A stretch of DNA of 64,000 bases. Source: an uncultured delta proteobacterium. GTDB lineage: Bacteria; Myxococcota_A; Polyangia; Polyangiales; Houyiibacteriaceae. The notes below the pieces were generated by a model. It was not told where the DNA came from and ran no database searches. It saw only the letters and a program-made list of their open reading frames with translations. A program made the position numbers and the translations under genes. The stretch covers positions 1,824,001 through 1,888,000 of the forward strand of contig CAVOVB010000001.1 of the NCBI GenBank assembly GCA_963699755.1. Direction: 5' to 3'. Shown piece after piece: positions 28,536 to 38,143 of the stretch (position 1 is the first letter of the stretch; every line of letters begins with the position of its first letter).

Positions 28536-28607
28536 AAAAGGGGACAGTCCCCTTTTTCACCGCCGCATGAACGAACTAACCCTTTCAAAAAGGGGACTGT
28601 CCCCTTT
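28533..28607. repeat. Pair of REP-like palindromes GGGGAC(A/T)GTCCCC between convergent genes
   Basis: TGAAAAAGGGGACAGTCCCCTTTTTCA 28533-28559 and AAAGGGGACTGTCCCCTTT 28589-28607. Confidence 0.8.
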
Positions 28608-28608
28608 A

Positions 28609-29649
28609 TTAGACGAGGTTCTTTAGGAACTCGAGGAGGTGTTGGTTCACCGCTTGGGGCTGCTCCTGCTGGACGAAATGGCCCGCGCCGGTGACGAGCT
28701 CGATGCTCCGGAGGTCCGGGACCCGGCTTGGCATGGTTTCGAGGGTTTTGGGCGTGATGATCTGGAGGACGGGGTCTTTTTCCCCGCAGATGAACAGGGC
28801 GGGCTGCTCGATTGGGCGGCGACCGTAGTCCCGGTCGTGCTCCCAGTTGAGGTCCATCGCGCGGTAGGAGTTGAGGCCACCGATGAACGCGGCCTTGGGC
28901 CCCGCCTGCATGTACTCCTCGACCAGAAAGTCGAGGTCCTCTTTGCTGAGCCAGGGCCACGGCAAGGGCTCTTTCGGATCCGCGAGCACGTCCAAGTAAC
29001 CGGTGCCTTCCCCGGGGAACTTCTTGAAGTCGAGCAAGCGTCCGCGCGCGCTCAAGGCCCAGTAGATCCGCTTCAGAAACAATCGAGGCTGACTGCCGAG
29101 CTCGGCTTCGGCCGGTCCCACTTTTTGGAAGTAGTGCAGATGAAGGAAGTGCCTCTCCGCGATGGCGGCATAGGTCTCGCTTGGTTTGCGGCCCCTTGCC
29201 GCCGCTTCTTGGCTTGCGGTGGCCGGTTTCCCTCTCGTCTTCTCGCCTCCAGCAAATCCAAGCCCGTAGGGCACGGCTAGCGATACGACCCCGCGGACCC
29301 GCTCCGGTGCGTGGAGCGCGGCCGCCCACGCTGCCTGCGCGCCGAAGTCGTGGCCGACGAACACGGCGTCCCGTTCCCCAAGCGCGTCGAGGACTCCGGT
29401 CAAATCGGCGACGATCGTTTGGTTAATATATTCCCTTGCGGAGAGGGGTCGGTCACTTCGGCCGTAGCCACGCATGTCGACGGCGATTGCTCTGAAGCCA
29501 GCGGCCGCGACCACTGGCAGTTGATGCCGCCAGGAGTACCAGAGCCCCGGAAAGCCGTGACAGAACAAGACGGCAGGCCCCTTGCCGCGGCTGACCGCGT
29601 GCATACGAATCCCGTTCGATTCGAGCGTCAGGTGCCCGGCGCTGCTCAC
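28609..29649 (-). CDS. Epoxide hydrolase-like alpha/beta hydrolase
   Basis: HGFP, SWRHQ, DMRGYG, GHDFG, LNSYR, GEKD, AGHFVQQE. Confidence 0.88.
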   Translation of the reverse strand: MSSAGHLTLESNGIRMHAVSRGKGPAVLFCHGFPGLWYSWRHQLPVVAAAGFRAIAVDMRGYGRSDRPLSAREYINQTIVADLTGVLDALGERDAVFVGHDFGAQAAWAAALHAPERVRGVVSLAVPYGLGFAGGEKTRGKPATASQEAAARGRKPSETYAAIAERHFLHLHYFQKVGPAEAELGSQPRLFLKRIYWALSARGRLLDFKKFPGEGTGYLDVLADPKEPLPWPWLSKEDLDFLVEEYMQAGPKAAFIGGLNSYRAMDLNWEHDRDYGRRPIEQPALFICGEKDPVLQIITPKTLETMPSRVPDLRSIELVTGAGHFVQQEQPQAVNQHLLEFLKNLV

Positions 29650-29667
29650 GTCTTCAGAGCGCGGCCG

Positions 29668-30669
29668 TTACGGCTTCGCAGCTTCTGTCACCGCATTGAT
29701 GAGGCTTTTCGAGAACATCCGTCCGGTGAGGTTGTCGCGAACCTGCTTATCCGCGGCGTCCCACGCAGCTTGGGCATCCCCGGCTTCCACTGCTTCGATG
29801 CCTTTGGTGAGGACGATCTTGTAAGCCTTCTCGTCGTCTTTGCGAATGACTTTGTTGAGCAACTCGTGTGCGCGTTCGGCGGTGCTGTCGAACGCTTCTC
29901 GAAGCTCGGGTGGGAGCTCGTCATACTTGTCTTTGCGCATCATCGTTCCACCGGCGATGATCGCGGAGTTGTGCGCGGTCATGTATTTCACACGCGTGTA
30001 CCACTGCAACGCCACCGCGGTGAGCGCCGAGGAAGAAATCACGTCGACCATTCGGGTTTGCAGCGCCGGGTAGACCTCGGGCACGCCGAGCCGAACCGCG
30101 CTTGCGCCGATGACTTGATAGAATTCGACGAAGATCGGATCGTCCTTCCAGACCCAGGGGCGCATGGCCTTGATATCGTGGGGCGACTTGATGGGCTTCG
30201 CCGAGAACAGGCGCGTCTTGCCAGCGTCGCCCCAGCCGACGAGCTTCATGTTCTCCTTCGCGAACATCGCTTCGAACTCAGGGGCCATCTTGCCGCGAAC
30301 TCGGTCGAGCTGCTCATAGGTGGGGAGCAAGCCCGGCAGCACCAGGACATTCATCGCGGGTATTAGCAAGCTCATCCCGGTCATGGTGACCACGCCACCG
30401 TCGAGCTGTCCGACCCGCATCTTGCGGACGAAGTCGCGCTCGTCACCCTGGGAGCCACCAGGGTAGAATCGCATCTTGAGCTTTCCGTCGGTCTTCTCTT
30501 GAAGCGTCTTGTTCCAGGCGTTGAGAATCTTCATCCACGATGAGCCCGCGGGCGCGAGGGACGCGATCCGTAGCGTGTAGGCCTCTTCGGCCTTGGTGGG
30601 TGTGCTGGTGCCTGGCAGCGCGAAGGCGGCGACCAAAAGCAGAAAAATAGGTACAAAACGGCGCTTCAT
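29668..30669 (-). CDS. dctP: TRAP transporter substrate-binding protein DctP
   Basis: Signal peptide; ASLAPAGSSW, YPGGSQGDE, GQLDG, PEVYPALQT. Confidence 0.85.
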   Translation of the reverse strand: MKRRFVPIFLLLVAAFALPGTSTPTKAEEAYTLRIASLAPAGSSWMKILNAWNKTLQEKTDGKLKMRFYPGGSQGDERDFVRKMRVGQLDGGVVTMTGMSLLIPAMNVLVLPGLLPTYEQLDRVRGKMAPEFEAMFAKENMKLVGWGDAGKTRLFSAKPIKSPHDIKAMRPWVWKDDPIFVEFYQVIGASAVRLGVPEVYPALQTRMVDVISSSALTAVALQWYTRVKYMTAHNSAIIAGGTMMRKDKYDELPPELREAFDSTAERAHELLNKVIRKDDEKAYKIVLTKGIEAVEAGDAQAAWDAADKQVRDNLTGRMFSKSLINAVTEAAKP

Positions 30670-30877
30670 TCTCTAAAACCTTTCCCGTCGCGTGGGAGCC
30701 CGCCGAGAGTCACAAGTTCCCTCGCCGTCGTCAATATGAATGGTTTGCTTTCTCGAACACGCTGAACACTTCATCTCCGAATAGCTCGACGGGCCCGCCT
30801 TGGCTTTTACTCAGTGCCTCGTCAACCCCGACTCCTACGATCACCTTTCCGGGCGAGCTATGCTATGTGCAGGCTCG

Positions 30878-31222
30878 ATGGTCCGCGACCTCATCGAAAA
30901 CCGTGACAGCACCGCGCGCGACCACCTGGCCAACGAGCGGACGTTCCTGGCATGGGTGCGGACGGCGCTCGGCCTCGTTGGGCTGGGGGTTCTGCTGGAA
31001 CGGCTCGGGGCTGGGGGCGAAGCGATCGCGGTGGCCGCGGGACTCGGCTTCATCAGCTTCGGTGGCCTGTCCCTGATGTACGCCGTGAGCCGATATCTCT
31101 GGGTCGCGAAAAACCTCGAACGCGGCATGTTTCCGGTGGCGATTCGAGGCCCGATTGTCGTTGCCTTTGGCGCCATTCTGGTCGCGGGCGGGGCCATGCT
31201 TTACGTGCTGCTCCTCCATTGA
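30878..31222 (+). CDS. YidH/DUF202 family membrane protein
   Basis: RDHLANERTFLAWVRT plus 3 TM segments. Confidence 0.88.
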   Translation: MVRDLIENRDSTARDHLANERTFLAWVRTALGLVGLGVLLERLGAGGEAIAVAAGLGFISFGGLSLMYAVSRYLWVAKNLERGMFPVAIRGPIVVAFGAILVAGGAMLYVLLLH

Positions 31223-31231
31223 GGTTCGCGC

Positions 31232-31765
31232 TCAGAAATCAGCCTCGGTGCCGCATTGGAGCATGTCGGTGCCCATGTATGGGTTTGAGACACCTTCAGA
31301 CACCTGCACCCACTTCTTGTAGCCTTTCGCCATGGGGCATTCGTAGACGTGTCGGCCCTGCTGGAGGCTCGGCTCGGCGGACAGTACGGCGATGAGTGCC
31401 TGGCTCACATCGCCAAACGCCTTTCTCGCTTCGCTCAGGTCCGAGCTTTCCAAGCCGGCGAGCCGTTGTGCGGCGCTCGACAGATCCTCCAGAGGCCGGC
31501 GGAGGCTATCCGGAGCCGATGCCGAGGCCAGACGTGCCGCGTCCGCAAGCTGGGTTGCCGGCGTTTTTACGTCTCCGCGATCTTCTGCGAGTGCACCGCG
31601 CGCTAGGTCATAGGCCGCGACGGCTTCGTCGATTCTCGCGCTCGTCTCGGCAGGGAGCGTCGACGGTTCGGGAACCGCCTCCCGGCTCTTGCTGCATCCA
31701 ATGAAAATGCTCGCCACACCGATTACGGCGCCTACGAGCAGAACCGCTGGTCGTCCATTCGTCAT
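31232..31765 (-). CDS. DUF3347-like periplasmic metal-binding lipoprotein
   Basis: Lipobox FIGC; RKAFGDVS, YECPMA..W..NPYMG..MLQCG; ATGA overlap with cusA stop. Confidence 0.8.
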   Translation of the reverse strand: MTNGRPAVLLVGAVIGVASIFIGCSKSREAVPEPSTLPAETSARIDEAVAAYDLARGALAEDRGDVKTPATQLADAARLASASAPDSLRRPLEDLSSAAQRLAGLESSDLSEARKAFGDVSQALIAVLSAEPSLQQGRHVYECPMAKGYKKWVQVSEGVSNPYMGTDMLQCGTEADF

Positions 31766-34700
31766 ACCTCGTCTCCATTTCCTTCTGCGTGATTGACCTG
31801 AAGCGCAGGAAGAGAGCGACCCTTCCATGCAGCAAAAATCGCTGGATAGACCGTGAGCTCCAGCAAGAACGAAGTCACCAGACCGCCCACCATCGGCGCA
31901 GCAATTCGCTTCATGACGTCTGCTCCCGTGCCTGTGCTCCAGAGGATCGGCAAGAGTGCAATCGTGGTGGTCATCACGGTCATCAGCTTCGGCCGGATTC
32001 GCCTTGCGGCCCCGTCGACGATCGCTTCGGTGAGGTCCGCCGGAGTTTGGAGCGTTCCGTCGTCCTGTGATTTCTTGTGGGCGAGGGTCAGGTACAGCAG
32101 CATGACGACACCCGTTTCCGCGTCGAGGCCAGCCAAGGCGATCATGCCGACCCAGACCGCAACGCTCATGTTGTAGTCGAGGAAGAACAGAAGCCAGACC
32201 GCTCCGATGAGGGAAAATGGCACGGCGAGCATGACCATCGCAGTCTCCGCCCAGGACTTGGTGTTCCAATAGAGAAGCATCATCACCAAGAACAGCGTCA
32301 CGGGCACGACCAACTTGAGCTTTTCCTTGGCGCGTTCGAGGTACTTGAACTGACCGGCCCAGCCCAACCACACACCCGCAGGCAGTGTGACCTCGTCGGC
32401 GATGACACGCTTTGCGTCCTCGACGTACTGCGCGATCGGTCGGTCGGTGTCCACGAAGACGAAGCCCACGAGCTTGCCGTCTTCACTGCGAACCATCGGA
32501 GGTCCCATCACGAACTTCAGGTCCACGACTTGGCTGATCGGCACCTGCGCGCCCGTCTGCGTGCTGATGAGAATCTCTCCGAGTAGCGATGGATCATCAC
32601 GGAACTCGCGCGCATAGCGAACGGTGATGGGATAGCGTTCCCGTCCTTCTACGGTCTCCGAGACGGTCATGCCGCCGACGGCCGTCATGATGACCTCGTT
32701 GACGTCGGCCACGCGGAGCCCGTAGCGCGCGGCCTTTTCGCGATCGACTTCGAAATCAATGAAAAACCCACCTGCGGATCGCTCCGCAAACGCGCTCCGC
32801 GTCCCCGGAATCTTGGACACGGCCTGCTCGATCTGCACCGCGGTGTGCTCGATCGTCTCGAGGTCATTTCCAAACACTTGGATGCCCAAGGGGCTTCGAA
32901 TGCCGGTCGCTAGCATTTCGGTGCGCGTTTGCACCGGCATCCAAAAGATGTTGGGCATACCCGGGTAGCGCACGGTTTCGTCCATCTCCTGGATTAGGCC
33001 CTTCCAAGTGAGGCCGGCTCTCCATTCGTCTCGCGGCTTGAGCACGATGGTCGTTTCCAACATGCCGAGCGGCGCGGGATCCGTGGCGGTTTCCGCTCGC
33101 CCCGCCTTGCCGAACACCGAGACCACCTCGGGGAAAGACTTGAGCTGGCGGTCCATGGCCTGGAGCACGTTCGAGGCCTCCGTCACGGACATCCCCGGAG
33201 GCGCCGTTGGCATGTAGAGAATCGTGCCCTCGTTCAGCGGAGGCATGAACTCGCTTTGCAGCTTGAAGAAGGCGGGAACCGTCAGTCCCATGGCGACGAG
33301 CGCAAAGACGACCACAGCCCGCCGGTGCGCCACGACGAACCGAACGACTGGCGCATACGAGGCGATCAGCCAACGGTTGAGGGGGTTCTCTTCTTCGCGG
33401 CGAATTTTTCCCCGGATCAGGAGTACAGCCAGCGCCGGGATAAGGGTGATCGAAAGGATCGCGGCAAACCCCATCGAGTAGGTCTTCGTGAAGGCCAGCG
33501 GCTTGAACAGACGCCCCTCCGCGCTTTCCAGGGTGAACACCGGCAAGAACGAGACCGTGATCACCAGAAGCGAGAAGAAGATCGACGGGCCGACCTCTTG
33601 CATCGCAGCCACGATCGTTTGCTGTCTCGACCCCGGCTGTCCCTCGGCATCCCAAACCTCCAACTTCTTGTGGATGTTCTCGATGACGATAATCGATGCA
33701 TCGACCATGGCGCCGATCGCGACAGCGATTCCGCCCAGCGACATGATATTCGCCGTCAGGTTTTGATAGTACATCGGGATGAAGGAGAGCATCACTGCAA
33801 GCGGTAGCGTGATGATGGGAACGAGCGCGCTTCGCGCGTGAAGCAGAAACAAGAAGATGATCACGCTGACCACGATCATCTCTTCGATCAACGTGCTTCG
33901 GAGCGTGCCGATGGCTCTCTTGATGAGGTCGGAGCGGTCGTAGGTGATGACCAGCTCGGTGCCATCGGGAAGGCCGGCCCTCACATCTTCGATCTTCTGC
34001 TTGACCGCGTCGATCACCGACAGCGCGTTTTCGCCGTAGCGCATGATGACGATGCCACCGACCACCTCGCCCTCGCCATCGAGCTCGGCGATTCCCCGAC
34101 GCATCGAAGGGCCGATGCTGACGACCGCCAGTTGATCGAGCAAGACCGGCGTACCGCCTTCGCCGAGCTTGACCGGGATCTTTCGCAGATCGTCTTCGCT
34201 ATGGATGTACCCGCGCCCCCGGATCATCTGTTCATGACCCGCAATCTCGATCGTGCGCCCTCCGGCGTCTTCGTTGGACTCGCGTACCGCCCGCACGACA
34301 TCCGCGATGCCCACGTCGTAGGCACGAAGCTTCACGGGGTCGACCTGCACCTGATATTCCTTGACGAAGCCGCCGACGGACGCCACTTCCGCGACCCCAG
34401 GCACGCTCTCGAGCGCGTACCGCAGATTCCAGTCCTGGAACGAGCGCAGCTCTTGCAGGTCGTGCTTACCGCTCCTGTCCACCAAGGCGTACTGGAACAC
34501 CCAGCCCACGCCGGTCGCATCCGGGCCTAGGGTGGGGCGCACGCCGTCCGGCAGGTCGGCGAGCGCGGAGTTGAGGTATTCCAGGACTCGGCTTCGCGCC
34601 CAGTACATGTCGGTCCCGTCTTCGAAGATCACCGAAACGAACGAGAGCCCGAAGAAAGACTGGCCTCGCACGAACTTGACCTTCGGCGCTGCCAGCAGAA

Positions 34701-34953
34701 AGGTCGAAATCGGGTAAGTGATCTGATCTTCGACCAAGTCGGGGCTTCGGCCCTGCCACTCCGTGAAGATGATGACCTGCGTGTCCGAGAGATCTGGAAT
34801 CGCGTCGAGCGGTGCGTTCCGGAGCGAGTAGTAGCCCCAAACACCCGCCACGATTGCGAACAAGAGCGTCATGAAAGGCTGACGCGCACTCGCCTCGATG
34901 AGGCGGGCAATCAGAGTAGGCTTCGGGCTCGCCTCGTCTTCAGTGAGCGCCAT
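31762..34953 (-). CDS. cusA: CusA/CzcA heavy-metal RND efflux permease (Cu/Ag type)
   Basis: LDAIPDLSDTQVII, GPDATGVGWV, GAMVDA, EFMPPLNEG, RIRPKLMT. Confidence 0.95.
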   Translation of the reverse strand: MALTEDEASPKPTLIARLIEASARQPFMTLLFAIVAGVWGYYSLRNAPLDAIPDLSDTQVIIFTEWQGRSPDLVEDQITYPISTFLLAAPKVKFVRGQSFFGLSFVSVIFEDGTDMYWARSRVLEYLNSALADLPDGVRPTLGPDATGVGWVFQYALVDRSGKHDLQELRSFQDWNLRYALESVPGVAEVASVGGFVKEYQVQVDPVKLRAYDVGIADVVRAVRESNEDAGGRTIEIAGHEQMIRGRGYIHSEDDLRKIPVKLGEGGTPVLLDQLAVVSIGPSMRRGIAELDGEGEVVGGIVIMRYGENALSVIDAVKQKIEDVRAGLPDGTELVITYDRSDLIKRAIGTLRSTLIEEMIVVSVIIFLFLLHARSALVPIITLPLAVMLSFIPMYYQNLTANIMSLGGIAVAIGAMVDASIIVIENIHKKLEVWDAEGQPGSRQQTIVAAMQEVGPSIFFSLLVITVSFLPVFTLESAEGRLFKPLAFTKTYSMGFAAILSITLIPALAVLLIRGKIRREEENPLNRWLIASYAPVVRFVVAHRRAVVVFALVAMGLTVPAFFKLQSEFMPPLNEGTILYMPTAPPGMSVTEASNVLQAMDRQLKSFPEVVSVFGKAGRAETATDPAPLGMLETTIVLKPRDEWRAGLTWKGLIQEMDETVRYPGMPNIFWMPVQTRTEMLATGIRSPLGIQVFGNDLETIEHTAVQIEQAVSKIPGTRSAFAERSAGGFFIDFEVDREKAARYGLRVADVNEVIMTAVGGMTVSETVEGRERYPITVRYAREFRDDPSLLGEILISTQTGAQVPISQVVDLKFVMGPPMVRSEDGKLVGFVFVDTDRPIAQYVEDAKRVIADEVTLPAGVWLGWAGQFKYLERAKEKLKLVVPVTLFLVMMLLYWNTKSWAETAMVMLAVPFSLIGAVWLLFFLDYNMSVAVWVGMIALAGLDAETGVVMLLYLTLAHKKSQDDGTLQTPADLTEAIVDGAARRIRPKLMTVMTTTIALLPILWSTGTGADVMKRIAAPMVGGLVTSFLLELTVYPAIFAAWKGRSLPALQVNHAEGNGDEV

Positions 34954-36208
34954 GCCCGCCTCCCCAATACCCGGTGGCGGATCGAATGCGGCTCTCGGCC
35001 GCGATGAGAAAATTCCCGGAAGTCACGACGACATCGCCCGGTTCGAGGCCGTGCGTCACTTCGACGTAATCGCCTGCCCGTACGCCGACTTCGATCTCTT
35101 GCGGACGAAGCCTTCCTTCGCCGAGGTCGACGAATACCAGGCGGCGGGGCCCCGTGTAGATCACCGCCGAACTGGGAATCACGAGTCGTTCCCCGAGGTC
35201 TACAGCGAGCTCGACATCAGCGTACATGTCGGGCTTGAGCGTCAAGCCTGGGTTGTCGAGCGCCACACGCACACGACCCGTCCGTGTGACTGCGTCCAGC
35301 GTTGGGTAGATGTAGTCCACCGTGCCCTCAAAGCTCTGCCCGGGCACATAGGGAAGTTGCACGGACACCGGTTGATTTTTCTTCACCTGGGCCAGATCGG
35401 ATTCATACACTTCCGCATCGACCCAGAGACGGCTCAGGTCGGCGATTCGGTAGACGCGTGTGCCGACCTCGATGCGCCCGCCCTCCACCACATCTTTGTG
35501 GATGACGTATCCGGTGGCTGGAGCCACCACAGGAACGTTCTCCCAGGCCTCGCCCCGCCGTGCGAGCTCGCGAATCTGTGCTTGGCTCATGCCGAGCAGA
35601 CGAAGCCGTTGTTCGGAGGCGCGCGTCAGCTCCGAGCTCGTGACCGAACGAGCCTCACGGTCCCGTTTCAACGTGGTCAGGTATTCGCGTTCGGCCGCGT
35701 AGAGCTCGGGGCTGTAGAGTGTAAACAGGACTTGCCCTCGCTTGACACGTTGCCCGGTCTCCTCGACATGGAGCCGGTGCACCCAGCCACTCATGCGAAG
35801 GTTCACGTCCGAGAGACGTGTCTCGTCGACCTTGACTTGGCCCACGGCACGAATCTGACGCGAGACGTTTCGCCGCTCCACGGCTGCCGTCCTGACCCCA
35901 ATCTGCTGCCGGCGCACTTCGTCGACCACGATGATCCCACTCTTCAAGTCCTCCTGCTTCACCGGCGTGAGGTCCATGCCGCATATCGGACACTTCCCTG
36001 GCGACGGCTGCTGCACAGAAGGGTGCATGGGACAGGTGTAATACGCGACGCCCTCTTCGTGCGCGTGATGATCGACCTCTTCCTGGCTTGCCTCCGGCTG
36101 CCCGGTGTCCCGGCTGAACATCCAAATCGCGGCGCCAGCCATTCCGAGAAGCAGCAGGCCGAGGAGCGCCCAGTAGCGTCGCTTTCCAGTAGGTTCACGG
36201 AAGCTCAT
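34940..36208 (-). CDS. cusB: CusB-type RND periplasmic adaptor with heavy-metal-binding domain
   Basis: YYTCPMHP..PGKCPICGMDL, LYSPEL, IYPTLD, LKPDMY, SGNFLI. Confidence 0.92.
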   Translation of the reverse strand: MSFREPTGKRRYWALLGLLLLGMAGAAIWMFSRDTGQPEASQEEVDHHAHEEGVAYYTCPMHPSVQQPSPGKCPICGMDLTPVKQEDLKSGIIVVDEVRRQQIGVRTAAVERRNVSRQIRAVGQVKVDETRLSDVNLRMSGWVHRLHVEETGQRVKRGQVLFTLYSPELYAAEREYLTTLKRDREARSVTSSELTRASEQRLRLLGMSQAQIRELARRGEAWENVPVVAPATGYVIHKDVVEGGRIEVGTRVYRIADLSRLWVDAEVYESDLAQVKKNQPVSVQLPYVPGQSFEGTVDYIYPTLDAVTRTGRVRVALDNPGLTLKPDMYADVELAVDLGERLVIPSSAVIYTGPRRLVFVDLGEGRLRPQEIEVGVRAGDYVEVTHGLEPGDVVVTSGNFLIAAESRIRSATGYWGGGHGAH

Positions 36209-37583
36209 TCGGCCCTCCTTGATTTCCCAGGCCCGGTAAGATTCCGCGTGCCCGATCGAGCTCTGCAGCCCGCTGCCCGAGGCTGGCCAAAACCTGCTCG
36301 TATTCGATCTCGAGTGTTCGAAGCGAACGTTCGGCGTCGATCAGCGCCTGAAAGCTATTCCGTCCGGTGTCGTAACCGAACCCGGCTGCGTCGATTTGCG
36401 CCCGCGCCGCCGGGATCAGTCGCGTCTCATACAACCGAACCACATGCTCCGCTTCGAGCACGCGCTGGCGTGCTTGATCGACCTCGACCCGCACCTCGTC
36501 TCGCTTCACAGAGAGCTCGGCGGAGGCCTGCTCGGCACGGGCCTGCGCTTCGTCGACGGCGCCCTTCCGCGACCTGATCTGCAGTGGCAGGTTCAGCGAA
36601 ACCCCGGTCATCCATTGATGCTCCGTTCGGGCCCACATCGAGTTGTATTCTCCCATGAGTCCTATTGCGGGTGAGTAGTTGCGTTTGGCGAGCCCGACCG
36701 CGGAGTCCGCAGCCCGCAACTGAGATTGCGCGGCATGAAGCTCGGGCCGATGCTCCAGCGCGTCTCGCTGCAATTCTTCCGTCTGAGGCACTTCGATCGA
36801 GGGTGGTGTCGTCCTTCGAGGCGGCGCAGGGAGCTCCAGCTCGGGGCGCTGATGGAGCAGGCCGTTGATCTGCGCCATAATCACCCTCCGCTCCGATTCG
36901 AGCATGACGCGTTGATGGATGATGTGCGCCAGCTCCACCTCGGCTTGCAGGACATCTTGCTGAGAAGCGCGTCCTGATTCGTATTGCACCATCGCGCTTG
37001 CTTTGATGTCCTCGATCAGCTCACGATGCTCGTCGTTGAGCGTGAGCACACGCGTCACTCGGTGGTAGTCGTCGAACAGGGACGAAGCCATCAGGGCAAG
37101 CGTCAGCCGCACCGCTTCGTAGCCGCCGCGCATCGCCTCGGCCTCTGCGAGCGCAACCTCTCCGGCAAACCTGAACTTACCGGGCGTGGGGAAGCGTTGC
37201 TCGAGCCGAACGACTTGGCCAAACCGCACCACGTCCGAGCGTATGCTCAGTGGCGCAAGCGAATAGCTCGCCATGGTATCTTCGAGGGAGCGTGCCTGGG
37301 GGTGTTCCGCCAGCGTGGCCCGCCAAGCCTGCCTCGCCGCTTCCAAGTTGGGGTTTCGCGCGAGGACGGCGCGAACGAGCGCCTCCCGTTCTAGCGCGGT
37401 GTCGCTGCGGAACGATGATTGCTCCTCGAGCTCCTCCCCGTCGGCACCGTTTCGTGGCTTTGCTGCGTCGAGCGCGCTTTTTTGCGCATGGTACTCACCG
37501 CGCTGGCCGTGCGCGCAGCCACTGAGGCCCATACTCCATACGAGCCAAGGCACCACGGCCGCGGCCATTGGTATTCGATTCAT
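36195..37583 (-). CDS. TolC-family outer-membrane efflux protein (CusC-like)
   Basis: Lipobox LSGC; two OEP repeats (RNPNL..; HRPEL..); precedes cusBA. Confidence 0.85.
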   Translation of the reverse strand: MNRIPMAAAVVPWLVWSMGLSGCAHGQRGEYHAQKSALDAAKPRNGADGEELEEQSSFRSDTALEREALVRAVLARNPNLEAARQAWRATLAEHPQARSLEDTMASYSLAPLSIRSDVVRFGQVVRLEQRFPTPGKFRFAGEVALAEAEAMRGGYEAVRLTLALMASSLFDDYHRVTRVLTLNDEHRELIEDIKASAMVQYESGRASQQDVLQAEVELAHIIHQRVMLESERRVIMAQINGLLHQRPELELPAPPRRTTPPSIEVPQTEELQRDALEHRPELHAAQSQLRAADSAVGLAKRNYSPAIGLMGEYNSMWARTEHQWMTGVSLNLPLQIRSRKGAVDEAQARAEQASAELSVKRDEVRVEVDQARQRVLEAEHVVRLYETRLIPAARAQIDAAGFGYDTGRNSFQALIDAERSLRTLEIEYEQVLASLGQRAAELDRARGILPGLGNQGGPNELP

Positions 37584-37681
37584 TGCTCCATTGCTCCTCT
37601 GCACATACCCAGGGCCTGCTTTGAACACAGACCCGCCTCGAACGGCGATGAACGCCGCTCAGCCCAAGACGCGCAGAGGGC

Positions 37682-38065
37682 TCAAATCAGATAGGAGCAG
37701 TTCCAAACAAACAGAGGTGGGCCGTGTACTCCAGGAGAGCCGCGCGCCAGCGGAATCCACCCCGCGTCGGTGGGGGGTGCATCGCCGGGCTCGTCCATCT
37801 GGACGGCCGAGGAAATCAAAAGGGGCGCATCCACGCCGGCCTTGTCGCTTCCGGTCGCGACCGGCGGATGCTCGCTCTTCGAGATCAGCGCGCCGCAGCA
37901 ATCGTCGACAGGCTCGAGCTGGACGGGAGGCCCCTCGTGTTCGCCGTGGCAGCAGCAGGTCCTCACGATGAGGCCTTCCATGGCGCACAGATGCAGCGCC
38001 GCCCCAGCCACCCCGGTGGTGGCCACGAACATGAGCGTCAAAAGGGCTGTGGCTGCTCGCAGCAT
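37682..38065 (-). CDS. Small secreted Cys/His-rich leader protein (HxC..CC..PP; DUF2946/CutF-like architecture)
   Basis: Signal-like N-terminus, LHLC, TCCCH, DDCC, C-terminal RGSPGVHGPP; start 38065 or 38077. Confidence 0.7.
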   Translation of the reverse strand: MLRAATALLTLMFVATTGVAGAALHLCAMEGLIVRTCCCHGEHEGPPVQLEPVDDCCGALISKSEHPPVATGSDKAGVDAPLLISSAVQMDEPGDAPPTDAGWIPLARGSPGVHGPPLFVWNCSYLI

Positions 38066-38143
38066 TCGGACGCCCATTCTAGCACAGCGCCCGCCAGGTG
38101 CGGTCGCGTCGTTTTTGCCCCATAGCGGGGAGGGTAGGAAGCC

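Noticed and set aside
30753..30766. TCGAACACGCTGAA as a further KstR-like box upstream of dctP
   Set aside because: Mismatch in the GTT core and single copy; could be chance
34898..36577. Long antisense ORFs (also 5544-6749, 23099-24190, 27468-28529, 62320-63858)
   Set aside because: Shadows of well-supported genes on the opposite strand, expected in high-GC DNA; no motifs
38112..38140. CCCCATAGCGGGGAGGGT upstream of copA as a CueR/CsoR operator
   Set aside because: Only a 4-bp GC stem and a half match; overlaps the RBS region; no cognate regulator in the window
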